This document shows positions 28,132 through 39,000 of a DNA stretch of 64,000 nucleotides, one piece after another (within the stretch, counting starts at the first letter, position 1; each line of letters opens with the position of its first letter). The notes under the pieces were generated by a model that was not told the origin of the DNA, did no database searches, and saw only the letters and a program-made list of their open reading frames with translations. The DNA is from an uncultured Microbacterium sp. Its GTDB lineage: Bacteria; Actinomycetota; Actinomycetes; Actinomycetales; Microbacteriaceae. The stretch covers positions 11,737 through 75,736 of the forward strand of contig NZ_CALTTX010000006.1 of assembly GCF_943912325.1 (NCBI RefSeq). The letters run 5' to 3'. The position numbers and the translations under genes are program-made.

Positions 28132-29682
28132 TTAGCCGCGGCCGAACAGTTTCTGGATCTCGGCGAGGTCGGCTTCGGACGGCTCGCTCCCGCCCGGTCG
28201 CGCTCCGAGCCCGAACCCCGAGCCCGTCGCGGGAGCCGCGGTTGCAATGCCGGCGGCCTCGGCGGCGCGCTTCGCGGGATTCCCCGAACGCGGCGCCTTA
28301 CCCTTGCTCTGCTTTGCTCGCTTGCCGCCACCGTGAGCGCCGGGGATCGGCCCCATACCGGGAACGTTCGGCACACCGCCGCGGGCGACCGTGCGCATCA
28401 TCTTCGCCGCCTGCTCGAAGCGCTGCACGAGCTGGTTGACATCGGTGACCGTCATGCCCGAACCGCGCGCGATGCGCAGACGGCGAGAGCCGTTCAGCAC
28501 CTTGGGGTTCTGGCGCTCCCCGGGCGTCATCGAACGGATGATCGCCTCGGTGCGGTCGATCTCGCGCTCGTCGAAGTTCTCGAGCTGTTGCTTCATCTGG
28601 CCCATACCCGGAAGCATCCCGAGCATCTTCTTCATCGAGCCCATCTTGCGCATCTGCTGCAGCTGCTCGAGGAAGTCCTCGAGCGTGAACTGATCCTTTG
28701 CGATCTTCTCGGCGACCTTGCGCGCTTCGTCTTCGTCGAAGGCCTGCTGCGCCTGCTCGATGAGCGTGAGGATGTCGCCGAGGTCGAGGATGCGGCTCGC
28801 CATGCGGTCGGGGTGGAACGGCTCGAGGTCGTCGAGCCCCTCGCCCGTGGACGCGTAGATGATGGGGCGCCCCGTGACGCTCGCGACACTTAGGGCCGCG
28901 CCGCCTCGCGCGTCGCCGTCGAGCTTCGACAGCACGACTCCCGTGAAATCGACGCCCTCTTGGAAGGCCTTCGCCGTGTTGACCGCGTCTTGACCGATCA
29001 TCGCGTCGATGACGAAGAGAACCTCATCGGGGTCTGTCGCGCGGCGGATGTCGGAGGCCTGCTTCATCAGGTCGGCGTCGACGCCAAGGCGCCCCGCCGT
29101 ATCGATGATGACGACGTCGTGCTGCTTCTGCTTCGCGTACGCAACACCGTCGCGCGACACGCGCACGGGGTCACCCTGGCCGTTGCCGGGCTCGGGAGCG
29201 AAGATAGCCGCACCCGCACGCTCCGCGACGACCTGCAGCTGGTTCACGGCATTGGGTCGCTGCAGGTCCGCCGCGACGAGGAGCGGCGTGTGCCCCTCCT
29301 TTTCCAACTGACGGGCGAGCTTGCCGGCGAATGTCGTCTTTCCCGAGCCCTGCAGGCCCGCGAGCATGATGACGGTCGGCGGGGTCTTGGCGAACTCGAG
29401 GCGACGCTGCTGCCCGCCGAGGATCCCGATGAGCTCTTCGTTGACGATCTGCACGACCTGCTGAGCAGGGTTGAGCGCCTTGTTGACCTCATCGCTGAGC
29501 GCACGCTCGCGCACGGCCGCGGTGAAGTCCTTCACGACGGGCAGCGCGACGTCGGCGTCGAGCAGCGCCCGGCGGATCTCACGCACGGTGCCGTCGACGT
29601 CGGCGGGCGTGAGCTTGCCCTTCGTGCGGAGATTCCGGAAGGTCTCGGTCAGCCGGTCAGAGAGTGTGCCGAAGGTCGCCAT
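28132..29682 (-). CDS. ffh: Signal recognition particle protein Ffh
   Basis: It has the N, G and M domains (GLQGSGKTT ... DTAGR ...) and a Met-rich M domain (MKKMLGMLPGMGQM). Confidence 0.9.
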   Translation of the reverse strand: MATFGTLSDRLTETFRNLRTKGKLTPADVDGTVREIRRALLDADVALPVVKDFTAAVRERALSDEVNKALNPAQQVVQIVNEELIGILGGQQRRLEFAKTPPTVIMLAGLQGSGKTTFAGKLARQLEKEGHTPLLVAADLQRPNAVNQLQVVAERAGAAIFAPEPGNGQGDPVRVSRDGVAYAKQKQHDVVIIDTAGRLGVDADLMKQASDIRRATDPDEVLFVIDAMIGQDAVNTAKAFQEGVDFTGVVLSKLDGDARGGAALSVASVTGRPIIYASTGEGLDDLEPFHPDRMASRILDLGDILTLIEQAQQAFDEDEARKVAEKIAKDQFTLEDFLEQLQQMRKMGSMKKMLGMLPGMGQMKQQLENFDEREIDRTEAIIRSMTPGERQNPKVLNGSRRLRIARGSGMTVTDVNQLVQRFEQAAKMMRTVARGGVPNVPGMGPIPGAHGGGKRAKQSKGKAPRSGNPAKRAAEAAGIATAAPATGSGFGLGARPGGSEPSEADLAEIQKLFGRG

Positions 29683-29744
29683 GATGATTGCGAGTTTACG
29701 CGAGTGGATGCCTCAGCCGCCGCCGTCCGCCGGGCGAACCCGTC

Positions 29745-30756
29745 TCAGGCGCCCGAGCCGAACGCGTCGTACAGGCGCAGGGCCATCGCCACCGCGAGCT
29801 GGTCTTTGGGCTGCCCGGCGATCGTCATGGACCCCAGCCGACGCCGCACGGTGTTCCGATGGACACCGAGCGTCTGAGCCGTGAGCGTCACGTTCGAACC
29901 GCTCTCGATGTAGGCCCGGAAGGTCTCGCGCTGCGCGGCGGCGTCGTCATCGGCGCGAGCGAGCGGTCCGAGAACCGAACGCATCCACCGCTGTGACGTC
30001 GGAAGGTCACGGGCGAACATCGCCAGCAACGACACGGCAGGGTCACCGTGGCTGAGCACGGGCTCGTTCTGATGTTGTAGCGAGGTCAGCGCGACCATGC
30101 GAGTGTCGACGGCTTCAGCGTGCGACGAGCGAAAGCCCGGCAGGCCCGCCCCCCGGCGTGCCGAGCACCGCACGCATCCGTCCCGCCTGCTCGAGGTCCA
30201 CGCGGACATCGGCACTCGAGGGCGCGGCTCCCGACGCGATCGGCACCCAGACCCAGAACGTCTTGGGGTCCTCGGGCACGACGAGCGGCGCTCGCGGTCC
30301 GCGCCAGCGCACGGCAAGACGTTGCGCGAGGGCGGAGACAGCCGGAGCCACGCCCGGACCCTCTTCAGCGCTCCAAACGATGAGAGCGACGAAGCGGCCG
30401 ACCTCGTACGAGAATCCGGTCTCGACTTCGAAGCGAACGGGATCGTTCGTTTCGCCACGCAAAAGCCTCGTGACCGCGTTCGCCCGCGCGGCCGAACGGC
30501 CGCCACCCCACCGCCGCCGCTCCGCTTCGTGCACGTCGGAGACGTACTGCAGGATCCAGTCGATGTAGCGATGGACGACGTCGGCAACCGCGCGAACGAG
30601 CTCGATCCGCTGCTCTTGCCCCACCGACATCTCTTCGACCGAGTCGATGCCGAGCCGGATGAACATACTCTGGCCGAGGCACGTCGAGGCCACCCAGCAG
30701 CTCGATCGCGCCTTCGACCGCCGCCGCGATGCTCGCCTCATCAGAGACATCACCAT
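29745..30756 (-). pseudogene. PucR-family transcriptional regulator split across two frames at a C6/G6 homopolymer (~30148-30153)
   Basis: The N-terminal/middle part is in frame B (..ELVRAVADVVHRYIDWILQYV.., ending at 30115). The C-terminal PucR HTH is in frame A (..AQTLGVHRNTVRRRLGSM.., 29745..). Both frames are open across ~30115-30180. Confidence 0.55.
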
Positions 30757-30925
30757 TCGACGTACCGACCGCGCCGAGCCGAGCCGCCGTCTTCTCGGCC
30801 AGCTCTGCGTCGATGTCGCTGATGACTACGGATGCGCCGCGCGCAATGGCCAGTTCAACGATCGCGGCACCAATGCCCTGTCCCGAACCGGTGATGAAGA
30901 TCCTCTTGCCCTCAAGCGTGGTCAT
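30686..30925 (-). pseudogene. Short-chain dehydrogenase/reductase N-terminal remnant (~80 codons)
   Basis: The translation MTTLEGKRIFITGSGQGIGAAIVELAIARGASVVISDIDAELAEKTAARLG..AIELLGGLD is a clean SDR Rossmann N-terminus (TGxxxGIG). It then loses all similarity and overlaps the PucR ORF. Confidence 0.4.
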
Positions 30926-31160
30926 GAGATGTCCCTTTCTGGTCAGCCTCGTTGCCGACAGAAGTGAACGCTATGGGCGAGGGAAAATGAGTGTTGTCAC
31001 CGATGTGCCTCACTTCCGCAACTCAGATGGTGCAGTGTGCACCACATCCGCATCCTCTCGATCCGGCGACTCGCTGCACGGCGGGCACAACGCTCACAGC
31101 GCGCACTCAGCGGAGCCGGTCAGCGATCCTGCGAGGACGCCAGACGGATCCCCTGCGGAG

Positions 31161-31748
31161 CTACGAGCGAGCGGCCGCGAGCGCCGCCTCGAGCACATTC
31201 GCGAGCGATTCTGAAGCCGCCGCTCGATCGGCCCACAGCCAGACCGCCGCGAGCACCGCGGCGGCGTAGGCACCCGCTGCCGCCTCGGCCTCCAGCCGAG
31301 CGCGCACGGCGTCCAGCCCCATCGCTGTGCCCTCGACGGCGAGGCGGGGCGCGATCGCGCGCTGCAAGCGACCGAGGCGCAACGAGCGCTCGCGGTCGAG
31401 CTCGTCGCCGAGCCCCATGGCTTGGGCGTTCGTGATGGCGAGCGCGAGGGCGTCTGGTGCGAATTCGTCGGCAATCGGACGTAACGCGGACTCGACCCCC
31501 GAGCGGCCGTCCGCATCGACGAGCCGCGTTTCGGCCGCGACGAGCCGTTCGTCGAGCCCCGACCACAACACGTCGGATTTGGAGGCGAAGTAGTTGAAGA
31601 AGCTCGAGCGCGACACGCCGGCGCGCTGGGCGATCTCGGCGACCTGGGTGCGGACGAAACCCTGCTCGAGAAAGAGCTCGCACGCAGCTTCGGCGATCGT
31701 CTCGCGCGACGAGACGCGCGGGCGGCCGGCACCCCGTGCATCCGTCAT
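31161..31748 (-). CDS. TetR-family transcriptional regulator
   Basis: It has the N-terminal TetR HTH (SRETIAEAACELFLEQGFVRTQVAEIAQRAGVSRSSFFNYFASK). It is divergent from lipB. Confidence 0.8.
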   Translation of the reverse strand: MTDARGAGRPRVSSRETIAEAACELFLEQGFVRTQVAEIAQRAGVSRSSFFNYFASKSDVLWSGLDERLVAAETRLVDADGRSGVESALRPIADEFAPDALALAITNAQAMGLGDELDRERSLRLGRLQRAIAPRLAVEGTAMGLDAVRARLEAEAAAGAYAAAVLAAVWLWADRAAASESLANVLEAALAAARS

Positions 31749-31842
31749 TCCCCCAGCCTACGGCGCCACCCACACGGCCGACGCGGGCGTATTGTTGTAC
31801 GCAGTCCAGCAACCCGGATCCGCAAAGAACGAGGAGCGTCAC

Positions 31843-32523
31843 ATGCTCGATATTCGCGTCGTGGGGCTCTCCCCCGACCTGATCCCCTATCGCGACGGCT
31901 GGGACCTGCAACGCGAGGTGCATGCGGGGGTTGTCGCGGGAGCGCGCCCCGACGCCCTGCTGCTGCTCGAGCACGAGGCCGTTTATACCGCGGGCAAGCG
32001 CACCGAAGCGCACGAGCGACCGCAAGACGGCACTCCCGTCGTCGACGTCGACCGCGGTGGCAAGATCACCTGGCACGGCCCCGGTCAGCTCGTCGGCTAC
32101 CCCATCGTGCGCTTGCACGACCCGATCGACGTCGTCGCACACGTGCGGCGGATCGAGACGCTGCTCATCGAGGCGCTCCGTACCTTCGGCGTCGAGGGAT
32201 ACCAGGTCGAGGGCCGAAGTGGCGTCTGGGTGCGCCGGCCGCTGTCCGAAGACAAGGTCGCGGCGATCGGCGTGCGAGTCGAGCGCGGCGTCACGATGCA
32301 CGGGTTCGCGGTCAATTGCGACAACTCGCTCGCGGGCTTCCGTCAGATCGTGCCCTGTGGCATCGCCGACGCGGGCGTCACAACGGTGAGTGAGGTCGCC
32401 GGCGCCGAGATCTCGCCCGTCGAGGTCGCCGCGGTCGTGGCATCCGTCTTCCGCCGATCCTTCAACGCCGACGACACGGCGTCGAGCAATCTCCTGACGC
32501 GAGAGAAGGTGGCACAGTCGTGA
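31843..32523 (+). CDS. lipB: Lipoyl(octanoyl) transferase
   Basis: A GAGGAG RBS precedes [23 protein letters not shown].. The motifs [18 protein letters not shown] and [21 protein letters not shown] are LipB signatures. Confidence 0.85.
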   Translation: MLDIRVVGLSPDLIPYRDGWDLQREVHAGVVAGARPDALLLLEHEAVYTAGKRTEAHERPQDGTPVVDVDRGGKITWHGPGQLVGYPIVRLHDPIDVVAHVRRIETLLIEALRTFGVEGYQVEGRSGVWVRRPLSEDKVAAIGVRVERGVTMHGFAVNCDNSLAGFRQIVPCGIADAGVTTVSEVAGAEISPVEVAAVVASVFRRSFNADDTASSNLLTREKVAQS

Positions 32524-33560
32524 GCTGCGGAGCACCTGTCGGAACGGATGCCGACGCGAAGGCTTCGCCCGAAGGGCGCAAGCTGCTGCGCCTCGAGGTG
32601 CGCAACGCCCAGACCCCCATCGAGCGCAAGCCCGAGTGGATCAAGACGCGCGCGAAGCTCGGGCCCGAGTATCGCGAGCTGCACGCTCTCGTGAAAGACG
32701 AGGGCCTGCACACGGTCTGCCAAGAGGCGGGGTGCCCCAACATCTTCGAGTGCTGGGAAGACCGCGAGGCGACGTTCCTCATCGGCGGCTCCCAGTGCAC
32801 CCGCCGGTGCGACTTCTGCCAGATCGACACGGGCAAGCCCTCCGCATACGACACCGACGAGCCGCGGCGCGTCGCCGAGAGCGTCACGCGCATGCGCCTG
32901 CGATACGCGACCGTGACGTGCGTTGCGCGCGATGACCTGCCCGACGGCGGCTCGTGGCTCAACGCCGAGACGGTCAGGCGCATTCACGCGGCGAACCCCG
33001 GCACGGGCGTCGAACTTCTCGCGACCGACTTCAACGGCGAGCCGGCCTTGCTGGATGAGATCTTCGACGCCGCTCCCGAGGTCTTCGCCCACAACGTCGA
33101 GACGGTGCCGCGCATCTTCAAGCGCATCCGCCCCGCGTTCCGCTACGAGCGTTCGCTCGGCGTGCTGACCCGCGCGCACGAGGCCGGCATGATCACGAAG
33201 TCGAACCTCATCCTCGGCATGGGCGAAGAGCCCGAAGAGGTCGTGCAGGCGCTCCACGACCTGCACGACGCGGGGTGCGACATCATCACGATCACGCAGT
33301 ACTTGCGCCCCACACCCCGCCACCTGCCGGTCGCGCGGTGGGTCAAGCCGCAGGAGTTCGTCGAGTTCAAGACGACCGCCGAAGAGATCGGCTTTCTCGG
33401 TGTGCTCGCCGGTCCGCTCGTGCGTTCGTCGTATCGCGCGGGGCGGCTGTGGGCGCAATCGATGCGGGCGAAGGGCCGCCAGATCCCCGAGCACCTCGCA
33501 CACCTCGCCAAGCAGATCGATCAGGGGGCTCCCGCCGAGCGCTTCGCGCAGGCGGTGTAG
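32520..33560 (+). CDS. lipA: Lipoyl synthase
   Basis: It has the radical-SAM CxxxCxxC motif (CTRRCDFC) and the auxiliary cluster cysteines ([12 protein letters not shown]). It overlaps the lipB stop. Confidence 0.9.
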   Translation: MSCGAPVGTDADAKASPEGRKLLRLEVRNAQTPIERKPEWIKTRAKLGPEYRELHALVKDEGLHTVCQEAGCPNIFECWEDREATFLIGGSQCTRRCDFCQIDTGKPSAYDTDEPRRVAESVTRMRLRYATVTCVARDDLPDGGSWLNAETVRRIHAANPGTGVELLATDFNGEPALLDEIFDAAPEVFAHNVETVPRIFKRIRPAFRYERSLGVLTRAHEAGMITKSNLILGMGEEPEEVVQALHDLHDAGCDIITITQYLRPTPRHLPVARWVKPQEFVEFKTTAEEIGFLGVLAGPLVRSSYRAGRLWAQSMRAKGRQIPEHLAHLAKQIDQGAPAERFAQAV

Positions 33561-33584
33561 CCCCAGGCCGACGGCGCGGTCGCG

Positions 33585-34607
33585 TCACAGTTCGCTGCAG
33601 AGGTCGTCGATGACGGATGCCGCGGGCACGGCTCGCGCCGAGCGGAAGCCCGTGCCCGCCCAGAGGTGAACGCGGTTCGCGTCTCCCGAACGCACCGCAG
33701 CCTGCCGGAGCGGCCGCGTGAGGTGGTGTACTTCGGGGTAGGCATCCGGCGCGTCGGGATGGGCATCGGTGAAGCGCGATCGCAACGCGCGCGCCGAGCG
33801 ACCCGTGTAGGCGCGCGTCATGACGGTCTCGGTGAACTCGGGCGCCGCGAGGGCCGCCCGGTGCACGGGATTCGTGCCCGCCTCGTCGGTTCGTAGAAGT
33901 GCGGTGCCGACCGCCACGGCCTCGGCCCCGGCGTGGATGATCTCGAGGACATCGGCCGCGGTTCCGACCCCACCCGCGCCGATGATCGGCAGGGTCGTGA
34001 CCGCCCGCACGGCCGCGACGACCGAGCCGGTGGGCACATCGGACACGACTCCGTCGCGCGTGAACGTCGCCGAATGTCCACCGGCGCGCGGGCCCTGCAC
34101 CCAGAGTCCGTCGACGCCCGTCTCGGCCGCAGCGCGCGCCTCGGCTGGTGACGTGACGGAAGCGAGCACGATCGAACCGACGGCACGCAAGCGACGGACC
34201 GCCTCGGCGGACGGCAGGCCGAACGTGAATGAGACGGCCGCCGGCGCGGCTTCGACGACGAGGTCGAGCTTGTCGTCGAAGGCGTCGTCGTCCCACACGG
34301 GCGCGCCGAGTTCGACACCAAGATCACGCGCGTCGCCCGCGATGGCGGCGGCATAGCGGGCTATCGCCCCGTCGCGTGCCGCGCGGTCGGCGCCGCTCGG
34401 GCGCGACCCCGGAACGAAGAGGTTCACCCCGATGGGCTGGCCCGCCCTGGCGTCACGGATGAGGTCATCCAAGGCGCTCACCGAGAGGTATCCCGCGGCG
34501 ACGAACGCGAAAGCGCCGGCCGCCCGCGCGGCGTGGGCAAGCGCGGGGGTGGAGGGGCCGCCCGCCATCGGCGCGGCGACGATCGGGAGCGGAGCAGGAA
34601 GAAGCAT
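33585..34607 (-). CDS. Nitronate monooxygenase (NMO / 2-nitropropane dioxygenase family, FMN-dependent)
   Basis: The sequence PIVAAPMAGGPSTPALAHAARAAGAFAFVAAGY ... IIGAGGVGTAADV... is the NMO TIM-barrel signature. Confidence 0.75.
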   Translation of the reverse strand: MLLPAPLPIVAAPMAGGPSTPALAHAARAAGAFAFVAAGYLSVSALDDLIRDARAGQPIGVNLFVPGSRPSGADRAARDGAIARYAAAIAGDARDLGVELGAPVWDDDAFDDKLDLVVEAAPAAVSFTFGLPSAEAVRRLRAVGSIVLASVTSPAEARAAAETGVDGLWVQGPRAGGHSATFTRDGVVSDVPTGSVVAAVRAVTTLPIIGAGGVGTAADVLEIIHAGAEAVAVGTALLRTDEAGTNPVHRAALAAPEFTETVMTRAYTGRSARALRSRFTDAHPDAPDAYPEVHHLTRPLRQAAVRSGDANRVHLWAGTGFRSARAVPAASVIDDLCSEL

Positions 34608-34627
34608 CCCGCAATCGCGCTCTCGCG

Positions 34628-35128
34628 CTACTCCGCGCTCGTGACCGAAATGACGGTCGCGCCACTGTCGAGATTCACGAGCAGCACGTCTTCGGCGTCG
34701 TCGGAGTCGAGCGCATACTCGAGCACGGCGAAGGGTTCGCCCGTGCCGAGCTCGTCGGCGAGGATCGTGACGCTGACGAGATCGAGCGAGCGAATGATGT
34801 CGACGGCGGCGTCGCCCGAAACGTCTACGAGGAGCGATTCGAGCTCGTCGCCCCAGTGCGCCTGCTGCTGCAGGATGTATTCGGTCACTTCGCTCGTGCG
34901 GTCATCGACCTGCGCCAGCATCGCTTCGCGCGCGCGACGGTCAATCTCTTCGAGTGACGACACCATCGCCGCGGCGACATCGAGTGAGGCAGACGTGACG
35001 TCGTTCTCGTCGGGGGCGGTCAGGTCGATCGTGACCTGCTGGTCGCCGAGTTCGACGTTCTCGGACCAGAAGAGCGAGCCGTCGGGGCCCGACTCGAGAA
35101 GTCCGAAGAAGTCGTGTTCGATCGCCAT
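34628..35128 (-). CDS. Hypothetical acidic protein (DUF2004-like)
   Basis: A 166-aa highly acidic ORF with good codon bias. It has no confident family assignment. Confidence 0.45.
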   Translation of the reverse strand: MAIEHDFFGLLESGPDGSLFWSENVELGDQQVTIDLTAPDENDVTSASLDVAAAMVSSLEEIDRRAREAMLAQVDDRTSEVTEYILQQQAHWGDELESLLVDVSGDAAVDIIRSLDLVSVTILADELGTGEPFAVLEYALDSDDAEDVLLVNLDSGATVISVTSAE

Positions 35129-35189
35129 GTGTTCATGTAATCAGGTGTTCCGGCAACCAGCAAAGGTCGCCGTCGGCGCGCCGACCGGG

Positions 35190-36062
35190 TTACTCGATGA
35201 GCTGCTCGACGAAGGCGTGCGGCGTGAAGCCCGTCAGGTCGCCGATGCCCTCGCCCTGGCCGAGCAGCTTGACCGGAATGCCCGTGCGCTCTTGCACGGC
35301 CAGCACGAACCCGCCCTTCGCGGAGCCATCGAGCTTGGTGATGACAAGGCCCGTGACCCCCGCGTGCTCGAGGAACGCTTCGGCCTGCATGACACCGTTC
35401 TGCCCCGTCGTCGCATCGAGCACGAGCAGCACCTCGCTGATCGGCGCCTGCTTCTCGACGACGCGGCGGATCTTGCCGAGCTCGTCCATGAGCCCGCCCT
35501 TCGTGTGCAATCGCCCGGCCGTGTCGACGAGCACGATCTCAGTTCCCGTGCGTTTGGCGTATTCGATCGTCTGGAAGGCGACGGATGCCGGGTCTTGCCC
35601 TTCGTGCTGAGGTCTGACGATCGCCGCCCCACCGCGCTCGGCCCACGTCGCGAGCTGGTCGACGGCGGCAGCGCGGAACGTGTCGGCGCCGCCAACGACG
35701 ACCGAGCGGCCATACCGCTGCAGGAACTTCGCGAACTTGCCGATCGTCGTCGTCTTACCGACGCCGTTTACCCCGACGACCAGCACGACGGCGGGGCGTT
35801 CGGTGAGCCGCAGCGTCGTGTCAAACTTCGCGAAGCGCTCTTCGAGCCCTTCCTTCAACATCCGTTGCAGGTCGCGGGGGTCGGTCGTGCGGTAGCGGTC
35901 GACCTTCTCGCGCAGATCATCGATGATCGCTTCCGTGATCGCGGGGCCGAAGTCCGCCGTGATGAGCGCGGTTTCGAGGTCGTCCCACGTGTCGTCGTCG
36001 ATGACCGGTTTGACGAACATGCCGCGCAGGGCGCGACCGAGAGACCACGAGCGTTCCGCCAT
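35190..36062 (-). CDS. ftsY: Signal recognition particle receptor FtsY (NG domain only)
   Basis: The sequence VVLVVGVNGVGKTTTIGK ... DTAGR ... TKLDGSAKGG places the SRP GTPase motifs G1-G5. Confidence 0.85.
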   Translation of the reverse strand: MAERSWSLGRALRGMFVKPVIDDDTWDDLETALITADFGPAITEAIIDDLREKVDRYRTTDPRDLQRMLKEGLEERFAKFDTTLRLTERPAVVLVVGVNGVGKTTTIGKFAKFLQRYGRSVVVGGADTFRAAAVDQLATWAERGGAAIVRPQHEGQDPASVAFQTIEYAKRTGTEIVLVDTAGRLHTKGGLMDELGKIRRVVEKQAPISEVLLVLDATTGQNGVMQAEAFLEHAGVTGLVITKLDGSAKGGFVLAVQERTGIPVKLLGQGEGIGDLTGFTPHAFVEQLIE

Positions 36063-36097
36063 GACCCCAGCCTAAACGGGCGCTCCGTTCGGCGGGA

Positions 36098-39000
36098 TCA
36101 GACCGCGGCGCGCTCCGCCGCGCGATCGCCGACGCGCTGACCGACGACCGCCGACACACCGTCTTGCCTCATCGAAACACCGTAGAGCGCATCGGCGATC
36201 TCCATCGTGCGCTTCTGGTGCGTGATGACGATGAGCTGCGAGTTCTCGCGGAGGTGCTCGAACACCGCGAGCAAGCGCCCGAGGTTCGCATCATCGAGCG
36301 CCGCCTCGACCTCGTCGAGGATGTAAAAGGGGCTCGGGCGTGCCTTGAAGATCGCGACGAGCAGCGCTACGGCCGCCAGCGAGCGCTCGCCACCCGAGAG
36401 CAGCGAAAGCCGTTCGATCTTCTTACCGACGGGTCGCACCGAGACCTCGATGCCCGTCGTCAGCAAGTGCTCGGGATCGGTCAACGAGATCGTGCCCGTG
36501 CCGCCCGGGAAGAGCGTCGGGAAGACCTCATCGAACGCGCGACGCGTGTCTTCGAATGCGGCGGCGAAGATCGCCTGCATGCGCTCGTCGAGCTCCTCGA
36601 TGATCGTCAGCAGGTCTTTGCGGGTCTGCGTCAGGTCAGCGAGTTGCTCGGTGAGGAACGCGTGCCGCTGCTCGAGGGCGGCGAACTCCTCGAGCGCGAG
36701 CGGATTGATGCGCCCGAGTTGGGCGAGCTTCGCCTCGGCAGATTGCAGGCGGGAACGCTGGTGGGCACGATCGAACGGGATGCCGGAAGCTTCGGCATCC
36801 GCGTCGCGCGAAGGGTCCACGGGAACGAGCTGATCGGGCCCATATTCCGAAACGAGAATATCGGGCGTGAGCCCCAATTCGGACTCCGCGCGCTCGATGA
36901 GCCCCTGCACGTGAAGGCGCTTCTCGTGGATCTGAAGTTCGACCGAATGCACGCTTTGTGTGAGGCCCGTGAGGCGCTCGCGTAGCTCGGATTCTTCGCG
37001 GCGCAGCGCCGTGAGCTCGGCGTTCTGTGCGGCGCGCTGCTCTTCGGCCGCGGCGAGCGCCGCCCGCGCTTCGGCCGTCGAACGCGCGATGGATTCGAGA
37101 ACGCGCGGCACCTCGGCGATGACGCTCGCCGCCGCTTCGCGCTGCGCCCGACGAGCGATCGCGCGGCGCGCAGCCGCCTCTTCGGCCTGCCGCTCGGCCT
37201 CGCGCTGGCGCACGAGCCCCGCGACCCGCGCTTCTTGCGCGCGGATCCGCTCGCGCAGCGTCTCGATATCGAGCCGCGCCCGCATCTCGCCCTCACGAAC
37301 GCGGTCGAGCTCGTCGAGCAGCCCGTCACGCGCGCTCGCGTCGAGCATGGGTCGCGGCTTCTCGGCGGCCTGGTCGTACTCGTGTTGCGCGGCACGCGCG
37401 ATGCGTTCGGCATCCGAGACGGATGCTTCGGCCTGAGCGAGCCCCGCACGCAAGCGCTCACACTCGGCAACCGCAGCCTCGAAGCGCACCGTCACGCGGT
37501 TGACGTGCTCGGCGCGCGCGGCAAGGGCCGCATCGTGCTCGCGGAGGGCGCGCAGCGACTCCTGCGCGCGCGTGCGAGCGGCTTGTTGGCGAGTGGATGC
37601 CTCGCCGTGAGCTTCGCGGAGCGAGTCCACGATGACCCGCACTTCGTCGAGACGCAGGGTCGCGGCATCCCGCTCGTTCTGCAGCGCCAGACGCGATCCA
37701 CCCGAGTCGCCGCCCGCGCGGAGCACGGCGTCTGTCACGACATCACCCTCACGCGTCACGATCGTGAAGATGCCGACGGTTGTTTCCGCGCGCAGCATCG
37801 CGGCAGCGGCACGCGCCGCGTCGAGATCCTCGGCGATCACGACGGACGCGAGAATGCGCAACACACCCGGCGGGGCACTCACCACCGTCCTCGCCGCGAC
37901 GACGCCGTCGGCAGCAGGAAGCACCGACGCCGGCTCCGCCGCGGACGCGTCGGCAATAACGATCTGCACTCCGCCGAGGCCCGCCTCTCGCGCGTCACGC
38001 AGCGCGACGAATGCGGCGTCGTCGTCATCCGCGAGAACGCCCTCGACGAGTCCGTCGAGCACCGCCGCGATCGCCGCTTCGTACCCGGGAGTGACCGAGA
38101 TCGCATCGCCGACGAGCCCGCGAAGCCCCGCGGAGCCCCCAGCGAGGAGCTCGACGGCGCCGCCCGACGACTGCAGTGCGCGCCCGAGTGCGGCGGTCTG
38201 TGCCGTGAGCGCCTCGGCCTCGCGTTCGGCAGCGTGCAGCCGCTCACGCAGCCCCGCGAGATCGGATTCGGCATCCTGCTGCTCCCGCTGCGCGAGGTCG
38301 TAGCGCGCTTGGTGGTCATCGAGGTGCGTCGCCGTGTCGGCGGGTTCGAGCCCCGCTTTTGCGCGCTCCGCGTCGGCGAGGCGTTCTTCGGCCTGCTCGA
38401 GCGCGTTCTGCTGGCGCAAAACCGCACCGCGCACCGCCGCGAGCGCCTGCGCCTTGGCGTCCGCCGTGCCGCGAAGCGCCTGCAGAGCCATGTCGTGCTC
38501 GGACACGAGTGCGCTTTGCGCCGCGATGTCGACATCCAGGGCGTCGAGCTCCGCACGAGCCGACAGCACGTCGCGCGAGGCTTCAGCCGCAGCATCCTGG
38601 GCCTGTCCCAACTCTTCCGCGATGATCGAGATCTCGGCGCGCGCCCGATCGATGTCTTCCGGTGAGACGCTGACGCCCCCGATACGGTCGTCCTCATCAG
38701 CCGCCCCGAGCAGCGAGAGCCGCTGGTTCGCGAGGGTGAACAGCCCCCGCATCCGCTCCTGCACCTGTTCGAGCGCGAACGCGACGCGACGGGCGTCGTC
38801 GACCGACTCGCCGCCACGCGCCTGATCGAGCAACTCACCGCGCGCGCGCACGTGGTCGAGGCGCTCTTGCACGACGACGCGCTCGGTCTGCGATTGCGCT
38901 TCGCTCTCGGCGTGCGCGGCAAGCGCCTGCCGGAGCGACACGAGCTCGTCCGCGAGCAGCCGCGCCGTGGCGTCGCGCACGATCGCGGCGATGCCCTGCG

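Noticed and set aside
33367-34356. Several Arg-rich ORFs on both strands (309 aa, 178 aa)
   Set aside because: They overlap the nitronate monooxygenase gene, whose TIM-barrel motifs are clear. No domain content.
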